Assembly (NCBI GenBank): GCA_011109175.1
Contig: RDEW01000046.1
Location: 325,545-389,544, forward strand
Reading direction: 5' to 3'
DNA: 64,000 nt
Source: Dicyema japonicum
Taxonomy: Eukaryota > Animalia > Dicyemida
A program made the position numbers and the translations under genes. The notes below the pieces were generated by a model that did not search any database, was not told where the DNA came from, and saw only the letters and a program-made list of their open reading frames with translations. Below, in pieces: positions 26,701 to 39,116 of this stretch (its first letter is position 1; the number at the start of each line of letters is the position of its first letter).

Positions 26701-29034
26701 TACTTGCTACGCCTGTTATGTAGTTCTTTCCACTTCGATTATATTAAAATCACATTTTCCTTAGGTGGATTTCCTGATAAAAACGCCCCGAGTTTTTCGA
26801 GTTCTTGCTTACTTCTTCGACGCATCAGAAACCCTCATAAATATGTTAAATGTTTTCACGAGTTGTTATAATCAAATAAAATCAATCAATTTCAACCTCC
26901 AAATTTCCCCTGTTATGATGAAAAGATTTTCTATTTCTCGTTGAAGTTTAAATTAGCTCAGCCGTTGAAATCATTTTGAATATACATTTTGATGATTATG
27001 GATAGCTTTAGAAGATTGGTAGTTTTGATGGGATAAATTTTACTGCGCCTTCAGATGCAGCATGAGTGCATATTAGTCCTCTTTCAGTTCATCGAAACAT
27101 TTGGTGGATACGGTCCTTAACTCTTATTCAGGATTAAACATTTTTGTCTCCGTCAAAAGATATGAATATAAGGCAGTTGAACCGGATGATCTCATTAATC
27201 AGAATTGTTTTAGGGGTGCAAGAAGACTTGGCTACCTCAAAATGGCTAGCTGCCATTCAATGGGTGCTTAATTGAATGCTTAACGTGCAGAAATCATCAA
27301 CTTGGTGGATAATGAGAATGATATAGTGATAATAGAGTCCTCGTTCCATCTTCACCTTAAAGTGTATGTGTAACGAAAATGTCGCTATGGACGTTGGATC
27401 AATCCCTATGATTATAATCCATGTAATGCAAATTGAGTGTGGACAGTTTCCCTCGGAATCTATTTCTCAACGAGAGGTTAAATGAGCTTTCCTCTGCTTG
27501 CCTCCATTATTTTTAGAGCTCATTTGTCTCTCATGGAGCGATGGAAGACGACCTGATTGGATAACAACCTTCCCTTTTCAAAAGGACTAAATCTTTGATG
27601 GGACAGTACGTGGGTTTACATTTGCTGCTTCTGTGGTTTACATTCCAAGCAAGTCAAGGATCACAAAAAAAGAGAAGTACCAAAATATTTTGGAAGATCA
27701 TTTGTTAGTCCCTTTTGATGTAAACTGAAATTTTAGGCAGAGTAATATAACTTCGCTCCTCTGTTACCTTTAATCCTTAAAGACCGCACCATTCTCTTAT
27801 TTCTTCCATATAAACACTTAGTATCATCTCCAAGGTCATACTCTATATCTGGCTTCACATCTAGGTTTCTTGAAGAGGAAAGATTTTCGTCTCTCTGCCA
27901 CGTGTCCTTCACAAAATAGTTATTACATTTTATCATAGAAGGTATAGCTCATCTGGCTACCGGACAGCCACCATAGCATATTTTGTGGCTGTCGACCCTC
28001 AGCTGACATAAGATGTTTCGTTAGTTAGTTCCGGGGACTCCAGATGCTATTCGGTCCTCCACGATGAAAAAATATACTTGCCCATTGCAATGTCTTGCGA
28101 TGTTCCGAAATGTAGACAGCTATAGCATCTCGGTGACGTCCTTCTGGCCCATTCCAACTGATTTCCATCTATCAAATAGAAGAACCAAAGAAACTAGGAA
28201 TAAAGGAGACAGCTTCTGTACTCAATTTTAAGCTCATCTTTACAACACGGACTCCCCTTCCATTTTAAAAGACGTTTCAGTAACTCAATGGTGTGGGTTA
28301 GTTCGTTCATATTAGTTCGTTATCATCTTTCCTTCGCATAACCACAGGTTTGTATGATTACCAGTTCGTGTTTTTGGTGAGGTTATGTAAGCAAAGACTG
28401 ATGTCTTGAGAGGTGAAAGAATGGTCTGACCTGTTAGGGTTTATATGTTTCTGGTGTGAGGCGACGATTCCTTTTGGCACAACACAGTTTTGAAAGGGAT
28501 TCTTTTAACTTTTCCCTGACCAATCCCACTGGTGAAGATTACAGTAATGAAAACTCTTCGCCAAAGAATAACACTAGGACGTGTGACGAAAATGGAAGAG
28601 AACGTAATACTTTTCTTTAGAAGCAGAAGATGGACTATTGAAGGATCGATTTCAGACTTTCTACCTCGGGTTCCTTCATTGGATTAATGAGTTGACCGTT
28701 TGTGCTGGGCTTACCAAAAATTGTAATCTAGGCGTTAATGTGTCACACGGACGGGCAGTTACATTTTTGACATTGAAAGTGGCATATATCAAGTCTCTGA
28801 TATTGAATTTTTATTAATACAAAATAAACAAAAATGTCATACAGCAGCCGCCCTGACTACTTAGCTATTCCCTCTCAGGACGACTTGCGAAATAAAGCCC
28901 TACACGAGTATTAATATAGAGGAGTCAACAAAATCGAATATAAATGTCGATATTTTAATGTTAAGAATGAAATTATTAGAAAAGTCATTATAATCTGTTA
29001 AGTTTGTAAAATTTCGGCCCATTAAGTGTAGATT

Positions 29035-29368
29035 AATAATAATAATAAAGCCTTTTCACGAGAGCCATAGTATTTTATAGCTCCGCATAGGCAGGACACA
29101 CACTTTATTTAAGTAAAGAACAGTTAATTTTAACTAATCGTAGAACCAAGGAATGATCTTCACTTCTTTTTTTTCTTTTTCTTGTGTGAGTGTCCTTCTA
29201 GACAAATCCAGTTCCGCAGTGAGTATTCACTGTGATGACGGCGTCACTCGTCAAACCATTTCTGCATCGTAGATGCGTGGAACCTTCCACCTGGTGAACA
29301 GCAGCGAGATTCGAACCCGTAGCCTAAGCCACTTAAGCCCGACACCTAACCACTAAGCCACCCGGGCT
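29035..29368 (-). mobile_element. Full-length tRNA-derived SINE
   Basis: Head AGCCCGGGTGGCTTAGTGG (A box)...GGTTCGAATC (B box)...TCACCA; (TTA)n tail; 9-bp TSD gtgtagatt at 29026-29034 and 29369-29377. Confidence 0.92.
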
Positions 29369-29639
29369 GTGTAGATTGGATATACAAATCACCATGTTTT
29401 TGCTTCTTGTCCCCATGAAAGATTTATGATGGATGGTATGGAGACTAGAACCTAGTTTGTCGCAAAGAAGGATTTGTTCCGAAGTCCTTTCTACTCAAAT
29501 CTATTAATGTGTAATTTATCACCCTTATTAAAATCATACTTAATTCGTTTTTAAATAAATAATTCTAATATTATTTTAATGTATATGCATCCAGCTACAG
29601 AAATAATTAATATTTTATCAAATAGTTGAGGTAGCTTTA

Positions 29640-30115
29640 ATGAGTCTCACGTGCATCATGGCTTTTAATACTGTCAAGCGTCCCAGCTTCTTGAGGAAAC
29701 GATGCGATTTCCAGCTTATTCCTCAAGTCTTAACGTACGATGGGAGGTAACGTGAAATGATCAATCAACACTTCGTATTTTTTTCGCCTAGGCTTCGGTC
29801 CAAGTCTGATGAGATACCGATACGGACAGTATCGTCATAGAGATGGGTCTGATGTTTACCGACCTTAAGGGCATTGATCCAAGCGTCACTCCATTCGCAT
29901 CTTCCAGTGACTAGACAGGGTTTCGCTGTTGGTTTGATAGGTTCAGAAGCCTCTCATATTTATCTTCGCAGATGGACCTGTAATGGTCTCTCTGCTCAGC
30001 AGCTTGACTTTCAGATGCTCCATATCTCTGATCCATTACGATTCTGTTGGGAGTTGGAGAATCATCTTGATCAACCGCTGACTGGAGCACAAGGAGGATA
30101 GATATGCAGGGCGAG
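29640..30115 (-). mobile_element. 3' part of a decayed CRE-like element (target of the RTE insertion)
   Basis: SDAWINALKVG...DDTVRIGISS motif; continues on the other side of the RTE at 32632-32960. Confidence 0.6.
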
Positions 30116-30144
30116 CTAAATCCGTTGGTGAGAGGATTTACAGT

Positions 30145-32602
30145 ATTATTATTATTATTTAAAGCACTCCCGAGAAGTCATAAAATTAATCAAGCCTCCC
30201 TTGTGCCGTATTTCTAGCCATCCTCTCTATCAGCCTTTTCCAGGACCCTCTACTTCGTGCCAGTTCACTTAAGGTATCTAGGTCGTCTGCGGAAGTGAGC
30301 TTCAGTCCCACAGCCGACAGGTCTCCATTCAAAATAGTTGGGAGTGTGACTCTTGGTCTTCCACGGAAACCGGCTCCCGTATGCATTAAGTAGTTTTCCA
30401 TGGCGATATTCGCGGGTACTTGAGCATTTAGACGTAAGATATGTCCAAAGAGACTCCATCTTGATCTGAAGATCTCCTCGGATAGTATACCAGATTTGCA
30501 CTTCGAGTAGAGGTCATTGTTTGAGATCTTCTTAGGCCACTTGATCTTGATTACTGATTTCAATTGTGTCCTGTGGAAAGCGTCAAGACGGTCCATCTCT
30601 TGTTTAGAGATTCCCCAAGTGCCTGAATTGTAGGTCAGGACGGGGATGACAAAAGCCTTATATATTCTGAGTTTGGTGTTTAATCCCATCCTCTTCTTAT
30701 GACCCCACATATTCGATACTTTCTTTAGTGCACACATTGCGAGGATTTTCCTCCGAGAAACATCTTCTGAGTCCCCGAGAAGCGAACCCACCTTCTTTTG
30801 CTTTCTCCAAGACTCGTCCGATCTTCGATCATTGCGTGTAAGTGTTGTGAACTCTGTTTTATCGGTGTTAACGGTTAAGAACCATTTCGAGAATACGTGT
30901 GGAAGAACGTTAAGCATGTGTTGAAGTACTTGAATATCCTCAGAAACAAAGTCCAGGTCGTCCGCGTAGATTATCTCGTTATAATTGTTGCCAACCAGGG
31001 GTCTGAACTCTCTTAGTGCGGCCTCAAGGTAGACAATAAAGAGGACCGGGGATAGTGAGTCCCCCTGTGGAACTCCACGTGAGGTCGAAAAAAAGTTAGA
31101 GGTAGAGTCACCAATTTTGACGGCAAGTTGAGTGTTCCGCATGAGTAAGTGTATTATTTTGACATCGTCAGGCAGTAGAAAACTCTCCAACACTTCCATA
31201 AGTTTTCCACGGTCCACCGAGTCGAACGCACGGGACATGTCGATACCAAGTATCTCAATAGATTTTTTGTATATTTTGGCACAGGGCACAATACCACCTG
31301 TGCCCCCATACCACGTCAGCCGTGGACCTGCCCGTCCGGAATCCACTTTGGCCGTCCGAAAGAAATATGTTCACCCTCTCCTTTATTCGGTTTAAAGCAA
31401 TGAGGGATAATGTTTTTCGTATGGAGGTTAGGAGTATAATAGGTCTGAAGTTGTGAGGGGGGCCTTTACTTTTTCCCGGTTTTTGTAGTGGAATTAGCCA
31501 CCCTTTTCCCAGTTCCAGTTCATCTGCACCCTCGAGAGACCGGTTGAAAATGTTAGTAATCATTTCAATTAGCTCCTCCGGGCCGTATTGTAAAAGTTCT
31601 GCAGTAATGAAGTCTGGTCCGGCAGATCTTCCGGTATTTAATTTTTTAATAGCTTGTTGAGTTTCGGATATGGTAATAGGGCTAGTTAGAGTGTACTTGT
31701 AAGACTTCCGAGATTTCATTGCTTGGTCAGCCGCGTCCTGTTTGTTGAACATAAGGTCAAAATGGGATGCCAGAACGTTTGCTTTGTTAATGGTCCCGAT
31801 AACGTCGTGACCAAGGTTGTCATGGACAGTTAACGAAATTGGACAGTTTTCTCTGCTAAGAAGCCGGATTGCTTTGAACATTCTTGGTCCGTTCTTGTAC
31901 TTTAATATGTCTGAGATTTTCTCCTCAGCTTCATTTTTGGCAAGGAATCTTTGTATTTGTTTGATCTTCGTTAAGACTCTCCCTCTCTGGGTGCGCAGTA
32001 CTTTGATATCTTCCGGAGCGTTTGTGTTTTCCATCCGGAGTCTGAGCTCTTTCTGTGTTACAGAGAGTTGTCCGATATCCGGATTACATTGTTTGTGACG
32101 AGATTTGGTGATGTGACCAAGCACACTAAAGGCTGTGTTTTGGATAGCAACCACTATTTCATCCCATAAGCTGTTTGTCGGCTGATTTTGGTTAATACTG
32201 TTGATGCTATCTCTCAGAACTGCACTATAACGACATTTGGTGGATTCTTCGTAGCGTAACCTCTCAGTGTCGAAACGTACTGAGGTAAGGCCTTTGTGTT
32301 TCCCGTGTATTCCATGGATTCTTTTAAGTACTAGCCGGGCGACCACAAGTTTATGATCGCTACTTGTTTCAAGTCCACCGTAAGATCTCGAGTCCTGTAG
32401 GAGGGCCTTCTGATGTTGCTTGCAGATAATATAGTCGATCTGATTGTATATATTGACTGTGTTTCCAGATTTGCCTTTTCTGGTACCAACCCACGTGGTC
32501 CTGTGTCTTGCCGGGTGCTTGAAACAAGTGTTGCATATGAGTAGGTTGAATGCCGTGCAAAATTGTATTAATGCCTCTCCGGGGATGTTACGGCGGTTTC
32601 TA
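30145..32602 (-). mobile_element. Young 5'-truncated RTE-clade LINE (C-terminal APE + RT) with one frameshift at ~31270
   Basis: Two long overlapping ORFs (YNQIDYIIC, SDHKLV, QSGFR, IDMSRAFDSV, GVPQGDSLSPVLF, YADD, RGRPR); (TAA)n tail; 29-bp TSD at 30116-30144 and 32603-32631. Confidence 0.95.
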
Positions 32603-32998
32603 CTAAATCCGTTGGTGAGAGGATTTACAGTTAACAAAAATTTCAAAGGAAAATATTGAGAAACATCTTCCCCTATGAGGCCGGGAAACCTCACCTTCAA
32701 GACGTCACCTTCACCGACACATTGGCCCCTTCCAACCTACACCAGAGTTTCTCTGGAGCCTGTTCTGCCGCTAGAAGGCCGAGAGGTCAAAGTATGAGGT
32801 ACTACCAGAGGATTTTCTACCGCGATTGAAACTTTTGGTTTCCTTGAGTCTTCTCTGCACAAACAGGAGATCTCCGTGGGCACTGTTTGCTATTTGAGCG
32901 AATCTCCTTCGCCATCATGAGAGGTAATAGCCACACGATCAGGGCTGCCGCTATATGACCTTTTTGTTTATTTTTACGGAAAACACAAATCAAATTTA

Positions 32999-33372
32999 CT
33001 ACTCGCTTCTAAACCTTTCGTCTCTTATAAGAGGAGTCGTCGACCTGAGTCCCATTCGTTTCACCTCAGTCAGGTTACCTGGAACGTCATTGAACTGATC
33101 TGCTAATTCCACCGAGTGATTGGTCGCTGTAACCAAATCTTCCTCGATAGTATGCACTCCATACTTATACTCCACCAACATGCTCTCCAACGTATTTTTG
33201 AGAACAACGGATTGAATGTATGTTCTAGTTGGTGCATCGATTGCGATGGCTCCCAAGTGAGATTTATAAACCTTCGAAAGGACACCGTCTCAGGTTAGAA
33301 CAATAGGTATGACTTTGACTGGAGCACCATAAAGTAGTTTGAACTCTTCAACCAATAAATCGTACTTATGCA
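32999..33372 (-). mobile_element. R4/NeSL-like REL C-terminal fragment
   Basis: KYDLL...VIPIVLT*DGVL...YIQSVVLKNTLES. Confidence 0.65.
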
Positions 33373-33602
33373 ATTTTTATGTGCTTCACTAATCATTGAG
33401 AAGTAATAAGTACAATTTTATTTTATCGTGGTCAAAAATATAAGCTTTATTGAACCTGACCTGAGTATCTGTCTTTATGAATGTGTCCATTCAGATTTTT
33501 GCAACTGAGTATTGACTATGGAATTGATAGAATGCGTCTTCAATGTCTTTGATTTCTTGACGTGGTGCATTCTTCATAAATGCAATGTAGTCACTGTTAA
33601 GC

Positions 33603-33670
33603 GGAGTGCGGAAAAAAAAAGTCCCGTGGGGAAAAAAGTCAAGTCGTCTTTTTTTAGTTTATTTCTTTCC
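33603..33670 (+). mobile_element. Single TIR-like end of the MITE family seen at 43235-43918
   Basis: ggagtgcggaaaaaaaaagtc...aaagtcaagtcgtctttttttagtttat matches the MITE termini. Confidence 0.7.
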
Positions 33671-34264
33671 AAATCAGCAAGGCATCGGTACAACATACAA
33701 TCACTTTTATGTGAAATTGAAAAAGTCCTCTCCAAGGTTAGCACGAAAAATATATGTTTCAGTCAATTTGTGTAATCACAAATATAAACTAATTAGCACG
33801 AAACAAACACATTACGTTCGAATATGGTCTATTTGTCACGTAGTGCATTAATTTGTACTACAAATTCTGAAAGAATTCTCCGTTGTGCTACTCTTCCTTT
33901 TTTCATTTCCGTTGTGCTACTACGAGAGAAAAGATTCTCGCCCGAAAAAAGAAAACAAGGCGAGCGGCGATCAAACTATCCCTTGGGAAGAAATTGTACT
34001 ACCCGAATATTTTCTCAAAAAATAAAGAATAAAGATGATTTAATTCGCAAGATTTTATTCTAAAAAGTACAAACAGAATATTTAATAATCGTCATGAGAG
34101 CAAAAAAAATTAAGAAAATCAGACGAAAAACATGTTCAGTTATATAATAATCATTAGGATTAAAAATCGAAAAAGAAGGCAACATAGATAATGTGACGAT
34201 TTCGATACCAACCGCAAAAAACATACACCAACCGCAAAAAACACCTACACGTGATTTGCGGTCA

Positions 34265-34455
34265 AGTTATCGGGAGCCGTTGGTCCAATGACGGCTGAGT
34301 TCTTGCGAGAACTCGGAAGAATGCTTGCCAGAAAGAAAGGGGATCAACGAGAAGGGTTATGGCTGAGACAAAAGATTGGAGTGGCCATACTCCGAGGTAA
34401 CTCATTCGCAATCACGCAGTCGGCTTCCTCAACAAACATTTGTTTCTTTGTTAAA
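34265..34455 (+). mobile_element. 3' terminal fragment of a CRE-like element
   Basis: GAVGPMTAEFLRELGRMLARKKGDQREGLWLRQKIGVAILRGNS. Confidence 0.8.
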
Positions 34456-37400
34456 TAATTGTCTTTAACAAAAATTAAATCAATAAAGGCAAGGTCAATT
34501 ATGCCCTGCAGGATTGGGCAGGTGATTAGTTATTTCAAAATAATATGGACAATTTTGTTATAAGATCAAGAAATCATCATTAATTTAAAAAAAATTATCA
34601 TTATATGGACATGGGCGGGCTTAAGGACGTTAGTGACTCGCTCCTCCTAACTTTCCAGGTCATTGGACAATCGTCCTCTCCACTTTGCCCATCAAGCTTT
34701 CTTGACGACCAGAAGACAAGACATTTAAGGTAACAACTAACGGACCTTGAGCTTATTTTCGGAAAACACCGGTAGTTCTCTCAGAATCAAATATATTTGT
34801 CGCGTATCTGGGAGCGTCCGCTCTTGGCTGCAACGTTTTAGTTAGCCACCAGTTTCTTTCACTTGAAGGACCTGGAATAAATAAATCAACCTTCCATGTA
34901 TAGAGTGAAATCTATAAAATTTGTGATAGAAGAGATGTCGGCTGGGATTCCCCTCAGCCAATGAACAAGAGTTCCCGAAGAGGTAGTAGACTGGACTATT
35001 GTGGGGGAAAATTGGAAATCTTCCTAAGTTGACATAAAAAGATCACTTAATAATCTGAATTCTTTAACCAGGCACACAAGAGATCCAGGTGCTAAAGATA
35101 AGGTTAGAGTAGGACTTACTACAGTAGTTCGGATGGAGGTTCTAAAGATGAGCGTCGTGAGGCTACTGGATCTATCGTATTAGAAGAAAGGATGAATTAA
35201 ATGTTATAAGGTTGCCGATTTAGTTTGTTTAGGTTAACCGTGGAGTTCCTCAGGGGTCGGTCCTAATTACTACCCTATTTAATATATTTTTATCGTCGTT
35301 CCCTCCCTCAGCTAATGTAGGACTAAAATGGCTCTCTATTGGAATGGTATCATAGTCTATTAGCACTTGTAGGAGGATAAGCTACCTTGGTGTTACTTTT
35401 AATTCCACTGTAGTTTCCTGGAACGTGTTTCCCTCATTAAGGTTGTACAGCGATGGGAGATCTTCAAAAGTTTCAGATAAACAGAGATACCAGAGGGTAA
35501 GTATTCAACGCCATAGTGCTGCCTATGCTTACCTATGGTGGGCACTCTTAGTATTTCAATGAGAATAATGAAAAGTGCTTAAAAATCCTGAGGAAATTCA
35601 GGAGACATGCAATACGGTATTCTTTATGAATGTTTCATAGGACGCCTTTTCTGATGAGACTTTTGGCGATTTTAAGGACCCGCAAGAGATCATAAAGAAG
35701 ATAATGTGAAGATTTAATTTCAATAATCAATGGAAGATTACAGGCAAGAGGGAGACATTGGACGTCTTGAAGAACAGGTATAACTCTTCCCAAACTAATT
35801 TATTGCCAATAACTCTGTTCGTTTATTATTATTATAAGACCAAGAAATCACCATTGAATCAAGAGGAAACACGGCCTATGAGTTATCCCTGTTTCTCTCA
35901 GTAGCCTCATCATAGTTCGGTGTTCTTCTCTTGAAATCACGTATTCTCGCCGTACAGACAGGCCCTCATTTGAAATGAATTGCATGCCAGTCCTCCTGAC
36001 TATGGTCAAGGCGTGTAGGGTCTTTCATGGTAGTGAAAACTTTTTTAGAGTTCCAATAACTACGGACTAGAAGTATTTGATCTTCTTTAACTTCAATATG
36101 AAAGAGTTTATGTACTATCCAAGTCCATCAACAAAATTCAATTTTTGGCAAAAGAACCTGTAACCACAAAAGTAATAATCTAAATGAAGTGACTCCGATG
36201 TCCATACTACGCTTTCTCCTGCTGTTAGTAATAATAAACTTGATAATTCTCCACAAAGGTTTCTACTTCTATCTTGAGCAGGCTTCCAGATATAATCTGA
36301 CTTAAGACCAAAGGGGATGTTTAGCAGACTTGGATATTTTAAGGAAGTCTGTTAGCATTCCGTAGACATCCATGATTGGTGTGACACTTAGCGTTTTCCG
36401 TAACAACGGCAAAGTAATCTATTTCGAATCTACTAATATTCAAAGGCATTGGTTTTGTGTCGCTATCAATTCGCTCTGCGTTTGGCAATAAATACTGCAC
36501 ATCTTATTCGATGTTAGGTAAAACAAATTATTTGTGTAGAAACTCCAACGAAAAAATTGAGAATACTGGATAATGTAAAAAATCCAAAAATTCCCATTTT
36601 CTTTTATCCTAGAGGCTACGAAATCCAGTTTGTGTAAATGATAACAGCGGGTCCACGGTGACTCCTAAGATGGAAGGGGTCTTCTTTGTGGAAATCGGGG
36701 AATCAACTAAATTGGTTGCTGACGTTAACCGTGTCTCTTTTTTTGAAGATGTGAATTTCGTTACATGTGATTTCCCTGGTGAAGAGACTTAAGCGGTTCT
36801 TTAAAAACCAAAGACCCACCAGGTTTAATGTCTCTTGTATGGACCGTGTCGCCATTTCAATGTTTTGTTGCAATCATAAATGGATGTAGTATGAAGTAAC
36901 TAAGAGAGGGAAGATCACTGAGTTAGGATCTTTTAGGATTCTGAATCAAAAGTCTTCTTTATATCAGACCAAATCTTTCTTGTGGGTTAGGATTATTTAG
37001 GCATTCGGAAATTAATTGAACAAGTTTGGTCACATGAATTGTGGTTTAGTGTCTTGGACGGAAATCTTGTTGAAACCCGACGGACAGATTTTTTGAAGGG
37101 TCAGACAGATAGGCCGGTAGAGGGGAGACAGGTGGTTTTTTCTTCAGAATAGGGTATATCAAAGATTTATTTCAAATCGACGAAATCTTGTTTTTGTATA
37201 TTGATAGATTAAGTTAGTCCTCCATTCATGGATGGTCCCAAGTATCGATTTAAAAACGAGACTTTGTCTGACTCCAAAGACGACAGTTATTCACTTTCCT
37301 GTTTGCTGAATGCACAATAGACGGATCGAAGAGAATTATGGTGAAACGTTTAATCATTTTTGTGAAAAAAAGATCGAGGTCTTTAAAATACGGTTTATGG

Positions 37401-38042
37401 CTGATGTTCACGTAGTACTTTATAAGTTTATTGGATTCATGAGCCTCCTTATCGATGTAATGGGAGAGGTATTTTTCGTAACCTTTTCCAGCACGGTTTC
37501 CTAGCATTCTTTGTTGTGTTTTTTGATGGGGAAAACCAAACTCACTAATTCATTTATCCTGAGGCGTTCCAGCACAAACCTCACTGAAGCACAGTGATCC
37601 AGAGGGCGTTGTCCGGGTTCTGAGGTTGATTCCAGAACTCGCTGTCAGGGAGCAAAATTGTCTCCCGATGTAATGAATAGATGTATCCTTTTGAATGCCT
37701 GCAAAGTATTGGGAGTAAGTTGGATCCAATGACGCAACCAGAGAGAAGGAATTAATTTATTTAGTTTTGATGTTTTTTCACTGACATAAAGTGCGAGATT
37801 ATCCTTGATATTTCCCAGGTGCTCATAGTATGATCTACTACGGAAGAAATTGTTTAGAGGTGTGGATATAATTTTTCAAGATTTGGATGCTTATATCTCA
37901 GAATCTGTTTCAACCGCTATATCTAAGGATCCTGTTTAATCATTAACTACAGTTTCTAGTTATTTTGACAAAATGAAAGCAGTTTTTTTAAAGGGAACTA
38001 ATATTACAAAGTAATTAAAAATCATTTTAAAATGTAAATTCA

Positions 38043-39116
38043 CTACCGTTCTCGTATATCATTATAATCGCGATTCAAAATTTTGAACAAATTCTTTATG
38101 ATTAACTAGCAAATATAAACATTGGCCGACCATAAGCCAATAAACGTGAAGAAAGGCGAGAAATGTGCACAAAAAGCAGAAGAACTGTTGACATGTTTTG
38201 TATTCTATTGGCCAGTTGTATATAACTGGGAGGTTACAGTAGTACAAGATCATTCGAGGGAACAACAAATTTCTCATTAAAATCCTATCATTCAATACAG
38301 TTATTACCAAATAATCATAAATAGAACGTAAAATGCATTTTGCATGAAAATATAAAATCGCTTCCACTCAGAATCGATTTAGCAAGATATGAGAAGGTTT
38401 TTGTGGTCCCAAGCAAAACATCGGTCGAATCGTGGATCGATAAAACCACACAACAGCTTACGTGTATTCTATAAATATTAAATTGATAGAACTTGACCAA
38501 ATCGGATCCATAAATAAGCAGGACAGTACAAATGTGGTGCATAACCAAAATGGGGAAGTCCGAGCGTAAAGTCTCCACAGAAAAAGACATCCACACAGAG
38601 CTAAGGCAATATGAAAGGCGAAACATGTGCAAGGTCGACAATGTTAGCGGTATCCGATGTAAAGTGAAAGGATAATCTTAAATTAATGAGATAAAACCTC
38701 CAAGGGCCTTGAGGGGGTCAAGCAGGGACGCCGAGTTTCCTGGTTTGAGCACAAAGTAGATGATGAAGGGTTGCATTAGTCCCAAAAACAAAGTCTTGGT
38801 GAAGCTTTCGCTGATTTTCTTAGACAAGTCCAGCTTTATTTGATATCGCTTTTTCATAAATTCCTAAAATTCCAAAACTAAAGGATACCATTAAATAGTT
38901 CATAGTCGATATTCTTGCAAAAATCCAGAATAGAGATAAACCAATAAGCAAGATAAACTTAAACAGAGAATAACTGTTGTTTTGCTCTCTTATCACGTAG
39001 TTGATGTGCCGCATGATAGAGGAAAATGTGAAATTTCCGTTATTCCACGTGTCAAGTAGGTTGATCTTTGTGTTATGTAGTAATTTAGTTAATGTGATAG
39101 GATGTGAGGCCTCCAT
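38043..39116 (-). CDS. Ceramide synthase (Lag1/TLC domain, no homeodomain, CerS1-like); 5 micro-introns; apparent 1-nt deletion at ~38378
   Basis: KKISESFTK, Lag1 motif RSDFPILVMHHICTVLLIYGS...VLSIHDSTDVLL..TK, W.LMRNLLFP, LHVYWLM|LIIKNL...NDIRER*. Confidence 0.88.

Noticed and set aside
29290-29368. Functional tRNA gene
   Set aside because: The anticodon and acceptor stems do not pair, and the sequence is the head of a repeated SINE with tail and TSD.
35800-37500. Possible Gypsy integrase/pol remnants (also ~27000-28700 and ~62400-63700)
   Set aside because: Only weak motif hints such as MQFISNE; too decayed to support a call without a profile search.
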